Assembly (NCBI GenBank): GCA_040081625.1
Contig: JBEBGD010000015.1
Location: 10,449 to 74,448, forward strand
DNA from: Chthoniobacteraceae bacterium
GTDB lineage: Bacteria; Verrucomicrobiota; Verrucomicrobiia; Chthoniobacterales; Chthoniobacteraceae
DNA: 64,000 nucleotides
Direction: 5' to 3'
The position numbers and the translations under genes are program-made. The notes below the pieces were generated by a model, which saw only the letters and a program-made list of their open reading frames with translations, ran no database searches and was not told where the DNA came from. Shown here in pieces: positions 37,612-45,685 of this stretch (its first letter is position 1; each line of letters starts with the position of its first letter).

Positions 37612-40600
37612 TCACTTCAGCGACTCCATCCACGCGAGCAGGTCGGCCAGCTCGGCGGGGGTGAAGGCGTTTAGCAGACCTTCGGGCATCATGGAAATGT
37701 CGCGATGGCCGCGCTCGGCGATGTCGGCTTTCTCCACGAGCACTGTCTGGCCGGCGATGTTGCGCAGGTCGAGATTGTCGCCGCCTTCGCGCGTCACGAA
37801 GCCTTCAAGCTGCTCGCCTTTCTTCGTCTTGATCCACACGCTCTCGAAGCCCTGCGCGAGCTTCGCGCTCGGCTTGAGCAGCGATTCGGTCAGCGCGGCG
37901 CGGTCGTAGATCTTCGCCGCGGCGCTCAGCACCGGGCCTTTCGGCGGCTCGTCGGCGGTGATGGTGTGGCAGGCGATGCAGCCGGCTTTGAGAAACATCT
38001 CACCGCCCGCCTTCGCGTCCCCGCCTTTCTGCACGGCGGCGAAGACCTCCTCGTATTTCATCTCGCCGATCGTCTTCGCCGGCGCGGTGCCGCCGCCGAG
38101 TTTTTGGAAGGCGAAGAGAGCGGCTTCGGCCACGGCGTTGTTCGGGTCGTTCAGCTTCGCCTTCACCTGCTCCGCGTAAGGCTTCGCGCCGGTGCGGGCG
38201 ATGGCGGCGAGCAGCGCGGCGGCGGGCTCGGGCTTCGCGAAGCCTTTCTCCACGGCCTTCTTCGCGGCATCGCGGTCCTGCTCCTTCCCGACGCGGCTGG
38301 TGGAAAGATTCACGAGCACCGTCGCGGCGAGCTGGCGCTTCGGGGCGTCGGCGCCCTCGAGCATCTTCGCGTAGTCGCCGACCCATTTTCCGTTGTGCGC
38401 GCCGCGGGTGAAGTCCTCGAACGCGGCGGTGAGCTTCGCGTCGCCGAGGTCGTGCCCCGCGAGCGGGGCGAAGGCGGCGACGGCGCCGGGGAAGACGCTG
38501 CCGTTTTCCGCGCAGCGCTGGAGCACGCGCAGCGCGCGCACGCGCAGATCGGGCGCGTCGCCGCCGGTGCCGATGGCTTGCAACGCGGCGACGGCTTCGG
38601 CGGGGAGCGAATTGTCCGCGCGCACCATGCCTTCGATCGCGTCGAGCTTGGCGGGCGTGTCGCTGCCGGCGTTGGCGAGCATGAGTTCGACGAGGCCGGG
38701 GAAGCTCACCTTGGTCTGATACATCCGCTGCACGAGCCACTTCGCGTCGTCGGCGTTCGACTGCTCGACGGCGGTCTTGAGCGCGGCGGTGATCTTCGGC
38801 GTCTCGCTCCACGCGATGGGCTGGTAAACCGGGCCGCTCGTATCGGGCCGCGTGCCCCACCACACGCTCGGGTTTTCGTAAGGCGCGTCCTGGTTCGCGA
38901 GGCGGCAGAGGGCGTTGAGGATGCCGCGGCGCAGCTCGCCTTTCGCGTCGGGCAGACGGGAAAGCAGGCCGTCCACGACGGCGGGATCGTAGATGCCGTA
39001 GAGCGCGCGGAGGGCGCCGGGCTGGACCTTCGCGTCGGTGGAATCGAGCGCGGCGAGGCACGGCTGCACGGCCTTCAATTCGCTGAGCGCCCGCACGGCG
39101 AGGTGCGCGACGACCGGGTCGGCATCGGCGACGAGCGGGAGGATGGGAGGTGCGGCGTCGGTCTTGTGCAGACGGCGCAGCGCGGTGATCGCGGCGGCGC
39201 GGACGCGAGTGTTTTTGTCTGCGAGAGCCTCGATGAGTAGCTTGGTAGGGAATTGTCCGCCGACTCGCGCGTCGTTGCCGAGGGCTCGAACGACCTGTTC
39301 GCGCATGTTCTCGTCGCGAGTGAACGAAGGAAGGCCGGCAGCAATTCCTTGAGCACCCGCAAATTGAAGAGCGGTTTCGAGAGCTGCGACACGGACTGGC
39401 AACGCGAACGGTTCTCGTCTTCCTCCGGCTTCAGGGCGTTGCAGTTGGGGGGCGTCCTTTGGATCAACGGCATTTGCGAAGACCCTCAGCGCTATCGCCG
39501 GCTGCATCTTGCGTCGAAGGAGTTCGCGTTGAGCGGCTGCACGGAGTGCTGAACTTTCGGAAGTCAGAATCTTGATGAAGTCGATGTCGCTCGCTTTCCC
39601 CAAATCCGGCACCACCCCGCGCGGCGCGTCCTTCTTCACCACCCGCAGCACATACCCCGCGTTCGGCCCGTTGTAGTTGAACGTCGCGCCTTCCCAGCTC
39701 GTGATGAACAGCGCGCCGGTCGCGTCCACGTCCATGTCGGTCGGGCGGGTCATGGCGATCCATTTGTTCTGCTTCACGGGCGGACGCTTGTGCGTCGATG
39801 CCGGGTCCACGCCGCCAGCGGGCGCGGCCACTTTCCACCCGGCGCCGTCGGGCACGAGGTCGTCGTGATACATGATCCCGCCCGCGCCCCACTCGACGGT
39901 GAAAAGCCCCTTCGGCAGGCCCGGTTCATCGAGCCAGAGCGCGCCGCAGGGGCTGCCGCCGCCGAGATCGGCGAGCGGCTGGAGCATGTCCTCGGCGAAG
40001 TTTTTGAACAGGAACGGATAGCCCATGTGCGCGCCGGGCGGGACGAAGCTCAGGCGCACATTCCAGCCGCCGCCGTCGTTGGTGTTGTCGCGCGTGAAGA
40101 GATCGAGCGTGGGCGAGACGGCCACGTCGTAGATATTGCGCTGGCCGTGCGAGATGATCTCGAAGCCGGTGCCATCGGGCCGGATGCGCACGATGCCGCC
40201 GCCGCGCATGCTCAGCGTCGTCCCGTCTTTCGCCACGGCTTTGGTGAAGCCGTAGTCGCCCACCGCGATGTAGATGAAGCCGTCGATCGCGAGCCGGCAG
40301 CCGTTGGTGGTGTGATCGGCGCCGCGGAAGGCGAGGTCGAAGCCGAGGCCGGTGAGGATGTCCTCCTGCTTGTCGGAGCGGCCGTCGCCGTCGGTGTCGG
40401 TGTAAGCGGTGAGGTTCGGCGGGTGCATGACGTAGAGGGTGCCGGGGAGCGCGAAGCGCTCACTCGCCTTCTCCTTCCTCATCCCCTTCTCCTTCTCCGC
40501 GCGGGCCTCCGGGGAAGCAGAGGGAGATGAAGATGGAGAAGGAGAGGGGGAGGAGGATGGGGAAACAGAGGGAGATGAAGATGGAGAAGGAGAGGGAGAG

Positions 40601-41010
40601 GAAGTCGGGACGCCATCCCAGATCACGCCGCGCGGGCTCTCGACTTCGCAGAAGGTCTTGAACTCATCCGCGCGCCCGTCGCCGTCGGTGTCGCGCATGC
40701 GGACGACTTTGCCGGGGGTGCGGATGGACGGATCGGACGGGATGGACGCGGGATTGCGGTCCCGGCCGAGCGAGCCGTTTTCATCGATGGCCACGAAGAT
40801 GGTGCCGTCGATGGCGGCGCTGACGCTGGTCGGGTAGCCGCCCATCGGGGGCAGGGCGAAGACGGTCGCTTCGTAGCCTTCGGGCAGGGTGACGGTCTTC
40901 AATATCTCCGCCTCGGTGCGGGCGGGCAGTTGTTCGTTCTTCTTCTTTTGGGCGAAGGCGGGCGCGGTGAGCAGGGCGAGGAGAGCGAGGCAGAAAACGA
41001 GGAGGCGCAT
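37612..41010 (-). CDS. PVC-type heme-binding CxxCH protein (dehydrogenase-like propeller, HEAT repeats, cytochrome c)
   Basis: Signal peptide; DTDGDGRAD; DGFIYIAVGD; HEAT repeats; GCIACH; SMMPEGL. Confidence 0.88.
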   Translation of the reverse strand: MRLLVFCLALLALLTAPAFAQKKKNEQLPARTEAEILKTVTLPEGYEATVFALPPMGGYPTSVSAAIDGTIFVAIDENGSLGRDRNPASIPSDPSIRTPGKVVRMRDTDGDGRADEFKTFCEVESPRGVIWDGVPTSSPSPSPSSSPSVSPSSSPSPSPSSSPSASPEARAEKEKGMRKEKASERFALPGTLYVMHPPNLTAYTDTDGDGRSDKQEDILTGLGFDLAFRGADHTTNGCRLAIDGFIYIAVGDYGFTKAVAKDGTTLSMRGGGIVRIRPDGTGFEIISHGQRNIYDVAVSPTLDLFTRDNTNDGGGWNVRLSFVPPGAHMGYPFLFKNFAEDMLQPLADLGGGSPCGALWLDEPGLPKGLFTVEWGAGGIMYHDDLVPDGAGWKVAAPAGGVDPASTHKRPPVKQNKWIAMTRPTDMDVDATGALFITSWEGATFNYNGPNAGYVLRVVKKDAPRGVVPDLGKASDIDFIKILTSESSALRAAAQRELLRRKMQPAIALRVFANAVDPKDAPQLQRPEAGGRREPFALPVRVAALETALQFAGAQGIAAGLPSFTRDENMREQVVRALGNDARVGGQFPTKLLIEALADKNTRVRAAAITALRRLHKTDAAPPILPLVADADPVVAHLAVRALSELKAVQPCLAALDSTDAKVQPGALRALYGIYDPAVVDGLLSRLPDAKGELRRGILNALCRLANQDAPYENPSVWWGTRPDTSGPVYQPIAWSETPKITAALKTAVEQSNADDAKWLVQRMYQTKVSFPGLVELMLANAGSDTPAKLDAIEGMVRADNSLPAEAVAALQAIGTGGDAPDLRVRALRVLQRCAENGSVFPGAVAAFAPLAGHDLGDAKLTAAFEDFTRGAHNGKWVGDYAKMLEGADAPKRQLAATVLVNLSTSRVGKEQDRDAAKKAVEKGFAKPEPAAALLAAIARTGAKPYAEQVKAKLNDPNNAVAEAALFAFQKLGGGTAPAKTIGEMKYEEVFAAVQKGGDAKAGGEMFLKAGCIACHTITADEPPKGPVLSAAAKIYDRAALTESLLKPSAKLAQGFESVWIKTKKGEQLEGFVTREGGDNLDLRNIAGQTVLVEKADIAERGHRDISMMPEGLLNAFTPAELADLLAWMESLK
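40468..40606. repeat. In-frame polypyrimidine/polypurine element with 48-nt tandem duplication inside the CxxCH gene
   Basis: CT-rich 40468-40498 and GA-rich 40511-40606 (two 48-nt copies); encodes SPSPS... then EKEKG. Confidence 0.8.
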
Positions 41011-41089
41011 GAGGATGAGTGAACGGTGTGAAAGCGGAGTGCTGTCGAAAGATTAGGGCGCGATCGGAGGGGCGGCAGCGCGGCACATC

Positions 41090-41215
41090 CCAAGGAGCGG
41101 CGTGCGTCCCGCCGCCGACGAAACGGCACGGGCGAAGCCCGCCATCGTCCCTCAATGGATGAGCGCCTCCGGCGCAGGCGGGATGGGTCGGCGGCGGGAC
41201 GCCGCCGCTCCTTGG
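41090..41215. repeat. REP/REPIN-like inverted doublet (GGAG-headed)
   Basis: CCAAGGAGCGGCGTGCGTCCCGCCGCCGAC at 41090-41119 vs 41187-41215, identical except one extra T. Confidence 0.88.
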
Positions 41216-41231
41216 AAGTCACCTCGCTGCA

Positions 41232-42056
41232 TCACGCTTCGGGTGTCGCAACCGCTTCGACGATTCGCACCGCCTGCGCCGCCGCCCGAACATTGTGGAC
41301 GCGGAAGATTTGCGCCCCGCGCACCATCCCGGCCACGAGGCAGGCCACCGTGCCCGCGTCGCGCTCCGGCGCCGGCACGCCGAGCACGTCGCCGATGACG
41401 GTCTTGCGCGAGACGGGCAGCAGGATGGGCCGCTCGAACCGGTGCAGCCGCGACAGCTCGCGGTAGATGCGCAGGTTGTCGTCGCGCTGCTTGGCGAAGT
41501 CGATGCCGGGATCGAGCACGATCGCCTCGCGCGGCAGCCCCGCCGCCACGGCCAGCGCGATCTTCTCCGCGAAGAACTCGTCCATCGCGTCCATCACGTC
41601 GCGATACCCGACGTGCGTATGCGCGACCTTCGGCGCGCCGACCGTGTGCATGATGACCAGCGCCGCGCCCGCCTCGGCGCAGATGCGCGCGTTTTCGTCG
41701 GTGGGCAGGCCGCCGATGTCGTTCAAGATGTCGCCGCCTTCGCGCAGCACCGCGCGGGCGACGGCGGGGCGCCAGGTATTGATGGAGAGGAGCGGGCCAT
41801 CCCACTGCCGCACGAAGGCGCACAGCCGGTCGATCTCCTCCGCCTCGCTGATCGGCCCGCGATTGGTCCGCGCGCTCTCGGCGCCCACGTCGATGATGTC
41901 CGCGCCCTCCGCCACGAGCGCGCGCGCCTTTTCCACTGCGGCACCGATGTCGTCGAGCCCGTCGCCGGAAAAGGAATCGGTGGAGAGATTCACGATGCCC
42001 ATGATGAGCGGGCGGCGGGGGAACTCGATCGCGTGGCCGCGCGCGAGCAGCTTCAC
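41232..42056 (-). CDS. folP: Dihydropteroate synthase
   Basis: IMGIVNLSTDSFSGDG, GADIIDVGAESAR, LDPGIDFAK, SRK and FRVHNV motifs; GTGA overlap. Confidence 0.93.
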   Translation of the reverse strand: MKLLARGHAIEFPRRPLIMGIVNLSTDSFSGDGLDDIGAAVEKARALVAEGADIIDVGAESARTNRGPISEAEEIDRLCAFVRQWDGPLLSINTWRPAVARAVLREGGDILNDIGGLPTDENARICAEAGAALVIMHTVGAPKVAHTHVGYRDVMDAMDEFFAEKIALAVAAGLPREAIVLDPGIDFAKQRDDNLRIYRELSRLHRFERPILLPVSRKTVIGDVLGVPAPERDAGTVACLVAGMVRGAQIFRVHNVRAAAQAVRIVEAVATPEA

Positions 42057-42859
42057 GGCAGCGGCACCAGCGAGCACTCGCGCTGCGTGAACCGCGCGGT
42101 GTGCGTGAAGCCCGCTCCGCGCGCGGCGGCCACGGCTTCGGCGTAGCCGGAGCACAACTCGGCGGGGTCGTGCGAGTCGGAGTTGATGAGCAGCGGCACC
42201 TTCGCCTCGGCGGCGAGGGCGAGGAAATCAGCGGCGGGATACAGCTCGGCGCAGGTCTTTCGCAGGCCGGCGGTGTTGATCTCGAACGCGGTGCCCGTCT
42301 CCGCGAGCGCGGCGATGACCGGCTCATAGAAATGCCGCAGATCGCCCGGCGGACGGAATCCGAACTTCTTCGGCAGATCCGGGTGCGCGACGAAATCGTA
42401 AAGCCCGCTGCGGATCGCGGCGGCGTAGGCGCGCCAGTAGGAAGCCCAGATGTCCTCGATCGCGCCGCCGCGAAAGCGGCTCATGTGCTGCGGATCGTCC
42501 ACGGCCCAGTCCGCGCCGGGTAGATAATGCACGGAGCCGATGAAGAAGTCCCACTTCGCCATGCCGGCGAGCTTTTCGATCCACGCTTCGTGCCCGGCGA
42601 TGAAGTCGCACTCGAGGCCGAGCTTGATGCGGAGCTGTGGGAACTGCGCGCGCGCCTCCGCGACCGAGTCGAGGTAGCGTGGCAGGTCGTCGATGCTCAT
42701 GCGCCAGTTGTCGAACTGCACGGGCATGGGGTTGTGGTCCGCGAAGCCCAGCTCGCCGAGGCCGAGCTCGACGGCGCGTCTTGCGAAGTCGGAGGGCCAG
42801 CCCTTCGCGTGATGGCAGAGCGGGGTGTGGACGTGGTAGTCGGCGAAGGCGGAGAGCAT
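42053..42859 (-). CDS. Histidinol-phosphatase, PHP (HisJ/HisK) family
   Basis: DYHVHTPLCHHA, ADHNP, GSVHY, AHPDLPKKF, EINTAGLRK and NSDSHDP motifs. Confidence 0.88.
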   Translation of the reverse strand: MLSAFADYHVHTPLCHHAKGWPSDFARRAVELGLGELGFADHNPMPVQFDNWRMSIDDLPRYLDSVAEARAQFPQLRIKLGLECDFIAGHEAWIEKLAGMAKWDFFIGSVHYLPGADWAVDDPQHMSRFRGGAIEDIWASYWRAYAAAIRSGLYDFVAHPDLPKKFGFRPPGDLRHFYEPVIAALAETGTAFEINTAGLRKTCAELYPAADFLALAAEAKVPLLINSDSHDPAELCSGYAEAVAAARGAGFTHTARFTQRECSLVPLP

Positions 42860-42868
42860 GGGCGGTGT

Positions 42869-42957
42869 TCTTAATCCTAATCTTGATCTTAATCTTAATC
42901 CCCGTGTCGGCCGCTCACGGGAGCAGAGTAAGATTAGGATTACGATTAAGATTAAGA
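42869..42957. repeat. Inverted-repeat element with hexamer-periodic (TTAATC)n/(GATTAA)n arms
   Basis: Arms 42869-42900 and 42926-42957, 27/32 match; inner hairpin CCCGTG/CACGGG. Confidence 0.9.
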
Positions 42958-43018
42958 GTCGGCTGCGGAGCGCTCCGCGCTCGACACCCGCCCTTCCCCC
43001 CTCCACCTTCCGCGCCTC

Positions 43019-44047
43019 ATGCGATTCATCGAATCGGTCTTCCAAAAGCTCCAGCGCCACCCGAAGCGGATCGTCTTCCCCGAAGGCGCCGAGCCGCGCG
43101 TGCTCCACGCCGCGGAGCGCTTCGTCACGCTCAAGCTGGGCATCCCCGTCCTGCTCGGCGACAAGGCCGCGATCGAGAAAGCCGCCGCGAAACAAAAGAC
43201 CAGCCTCGACCACGTGCTGATCCTCGACCCCGCGACGGCGGACGACCTCACGCCGTTCATCAAGTATCTCGAGAAGCTCAAGCGCTACCGCGACCTCGGG
43301 CCGAAAGCCGCGCGCGAGATGTTGCTCCGTCCGGATTACTTCGGCGCGATGATGGTCCAGAACGGGCAGGTCGATGGCCTCGTGACCGGCGCGAGCGAGA
43401 CGGCGTCGAGCGCGCTGCGGCCGCTCATCCAGCTCATCAAACCGCAGCCCGGCGTGAGCAGCATCTCGAGCTGCATGATGCTCGACCTTACCAACAAACG
43501 CTACGGCGAGCGCGGCGTGATGTGCTTCGCGGACTGCGCGGTCATCCCCGAGCCGAGCGTGGAGCAGCTCGCCGAGATCGCGATCGAGAGCGGCAAACTC
43601 TGCCGCCAGCTCACCGGGCAAAAACCGCGCGTCGCGTTGCTGAGCTTTTCGACCAAGGGCAGCTCGTCGCTCGCCTCGCCGCAGAAGATCGCCGCCGCCA
43701 CCGCGCTCGCCCGTCAGCGCGCGCAGAAGTCGGGCATGGAGATGGAGATCGACGGCGAACTCCAGGCCGACACCGCGCTGCTCTCCGATCTCGCCGAGAA
43801 AAAAGCGCCCACCTCGCTAGTCGCCGGCAAGGCCAACGTGCTCGTCTTCCCCGACCTGAACTCCGGCAACATCGGCGCGAAGCTCGTGCAATACCTCGCC
43901 GGCGCCGACGCCTACGGCCAGATCCTGCTCGGCCTTTCCAAGCCCTGCGCGGAGATGTCGCGCGGCAGCACCGAGGACGACATCCTCGCGGTGGCGGCGA
44001 TCCTCGGCGTGCAGGCGGTCGAGTATCGGAAGCTGTATCCTGAGTAA
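43019..44047 (+). CDS. pta: Phosphate acetyltransferase catalytic domain (PTA_PTB)
   Basis: KRIVFPEG, FADCAVIPEP, IDGELQADTAL, FPDLNSGNIGAK and MSRGSTEDDI motifs. Confidence 0.9.
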   Translation: MRFIESVFQKLQRHPKRIVFPEGAEPRVLHAAERFVTLKLGIPVLLGDKAAIEKAAAKQKTSLDHVLILDPATADDLTPFIKYLEKLKRYRDLGPKAAREMLLRPDYFGAMMVQNGQVDGLVTGASETASSALRPLIQLIKPQPGVSSISSCMMLDLTNKRYGERGVMCFADCAVIPEPSVEQLAEIAIESGKLCRQLTGQKPRVALLSFSTKGSSSLASPQKIAAATALARQRAQKSGMEMEIDGELQADTALLSDLAEKKAPTSLVAGKANVLVFPDLNSGNIGAKLVQYLAGADAYGQILLGLSKPCAEMSRGSTEDDILAVAAILGVQAVEYRKLYPE

Positions 44048-44527
44048 GCTCGAAGCTCGAAACCCGAAGTTCGAAACAAGCGGCGATCAGAATTTTCGAA
44101 TGGAAGAAAACGATAAGCCTTACGATTTGGCGGAGCGGACGTTTGCTTTCGCAAAGGAGGTTCGTGCATTCGTCAAAGCATTGCCGCGCACCATTTCGAA
44201 CATTGAAGACGTGAAACAACTGGTCCGCGCGTCGGGATCGGTGGGCGCCAACTACATTGAGGCCAACGAGGCGTTGAGCAAAAAGGACTTTGTCATGCGG
44301 ATAAAGATCAGCCGCAAGGAAGCCAAGGAGAGCCACTACTTTCTGCGATTGCTCGATGCAGGCGGGAAGCCCGAAGGCGAAGATAAGAGACAAGTCCTCG
44401 TGCAGGAGGCCCAAGAACTGACCAGCATCTTCGGAGCAATCGTCCGCAAATCCGAATGACCGTTTCCGCCCTTTCCATTTTTTCCGCATCCGTTTGTTTC
44501 GAGCTTCGAGCTTCGAGCTTCGAGCTT
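44046..44527. mobile_element. Putative intervening cassette: heptamer-repeat inverted arms enclosing a four-helix-bundle gene
   Basis: 38-nt arms 44046-44083 and 44490-44527 (34/38 identical as reverse complements); AT-richer interior; sits between two Pta-related genes. Mobility is inferred. Confidence 0.7.
44100..44459 (+). CDS. Four-helix-bundle protein (23S rRNA intervening-sequence protein / TIGR02436-like, Avd-related fold)
   Basis: DLAERTFAFA...QLVRASGSVGANYIEA.EA.SKKDF..RIKISRKEAKES.YFLRLL...EAQELTSIF. Confidence 0.9.
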   Translation: MEENDKPYDLAERTFAFAKEVRAFVKALPRTISNIEDVKQLVRASGSVGANYIEANEALSKKDFVMRIKISRKEAKESHYFLRLLDAGGKPEGEDKRQVLVQEAQELTSIFGAIVRKSE

Positions 44528-44532
44528 CCGTC

Positions 44533-45636
44533 GTGAACACGACGACGCCGCGCGTCTTCATCGCCGCGACGCAGCAAAACGACGGCAAGACGACGACCGC
44601 GCTCGGCCTCTTCGCCGCGCTGCGAAAGCGCGTCGGGCGCATCGGCTTCATCAAGCCGGTCGGCCAGCGCTTCTCGGAGATCGAGGGCAAGCGCATCGAC
44701 GAAGACTCCGTGCTCATCGACCAGACCTTCGGCGTCGCCACGCCGCTCGAGGCCATGAGCCCGATCGCGGTCGAGCCGGACTTCACGCGCCGCTACATCG
44801 AGGAGCAAAACAACGAGCACCTCGTGAAGCGCATCCAGAATTCCTTCGATCGCGCCGCGTGGGAGAAGGATTTCCTCATCATCGAGGGCACTGGTCACGC
44901 GGGCGTCGGCTCGGTCTTCGATCTCTCGAACGCGCGCGTCGCCAAGCTGCTGCAAAGCAAGGTCATCCTCGTGACCAAGGGCGGCATCGGCAAACCCATC
45001 GACGAGATCGCGCTCAACAACGCGCTTTTTGAAAAGGAAGGCGTCGAGGTCATCGGCGTCGTGATGAACAAGATCATCGGCGAGAAATACGACTACGTGC
45101 GCGACTTCGCCTCGCGCGGCCTCGCGCGGCTCGGGCTCGAACTGCTCGGCGCCATCCCCGAGGAACCGCTGCTCGCCAATGCGACGCTCGGGCAGATCCG
45201 CGCCACCATCAAAGGCCACTTCATCAACGCGAAGGAAAAGAACCGGCGCCGCGTGAAGAAGGTCATCATCGGCGCGATGAACTCGACGCACGTGATGGAG
45301 CACTTCCAGCCCGGCACGCTCGTCATCACGCCCGGCGACCGCGAGGACGTGATCCTCGCCGCGCTTTCGGCGACGACGCTCACGAACGCCGAGGATCGCG
45401 CCATCGCCGGCCTCGTTCTCAGCGGCGACCTGCTCCCGCACCAGAGCGTGCTCGACCTCATCACCAATTCCGACGTGCCCGTGATCCGCAGCCCGCTCGA
45501 CAGCTACACCGTCGCCTCCGGCATTCACTCGATGACGGTCAAGACGCTCCCCGGCGACGTGGAAAAGATCGACAAGATCCAGTCGCTCATCGAGCGGCAC
45601 GTCGATGTGGACCGGTTGCTCGCGAAGCTGGCGTAA
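44533..45636 (+). CDS. Stand-alone Pta N-terminal-like protein (BioD-like AAA plus DRTGG domains)
   Basis: QNDGKTT P-loop, GFIKPVGQ, IIEGTGHAGVGS and ITPGDRED motifs. Confidence 0.88.
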   Translation: MNTTTPRVFIAATQQNDGKTTTALGLFAALRKRVGRIGFIKPVGQRFSEIEGKRIDEDSVLIDQTFGVATPLEAMSPIAVEPDFTRRYIEEQNNEHLVKRIQNSFDRAAWEKDFLIIEGTGHAGVGSVFDLSNARVAKLLQSKVILVTKGGIGKPIDEIALNNALFEKEGVEVIGVVMNKIIGEKYDYVRDFASRGLARLGLELLGAIPEEPLLANATLGQIRATIKGHFINAKEKNRRRVKKVIIGAMNSTHVMEHFQPGTLVITPGDREDVILAALSATTLTNAEDRAIAGLVLSGDLLPHQSVLDLITNSDVPVIRSPLDSYTVASGIHSMTVKTLPGDVEKIDKIQSLIERHVDVDRLLAKLA

Positions 45637-45685
45637 AGTGCCCGCAACTTGGCGTCGCTAGCGCGGTTCAAGCCCCATCGCCGCC

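Noticed and set aside
42869..44527. Short tandem repeats as a possible CRISPR array
   Set aside because: Units are 6-9 nt with no unique spacers, and no cas genes are present.
37612..44527. Classical diversity-generating retroelement (Avd-like gene plus variable-looking patch)
   Set aside because: No reverse transcriptase and no template/variable repeat pair differing at adenines was seen in the window.
45644..45672. Possible ECF (GCAACTT...GTTCAA) or sigma-54 (TGGC-N9-GC) promoter upstream of the PSD1 gene
   Set aside because: Weak match that could occur by chance; no TSS data.
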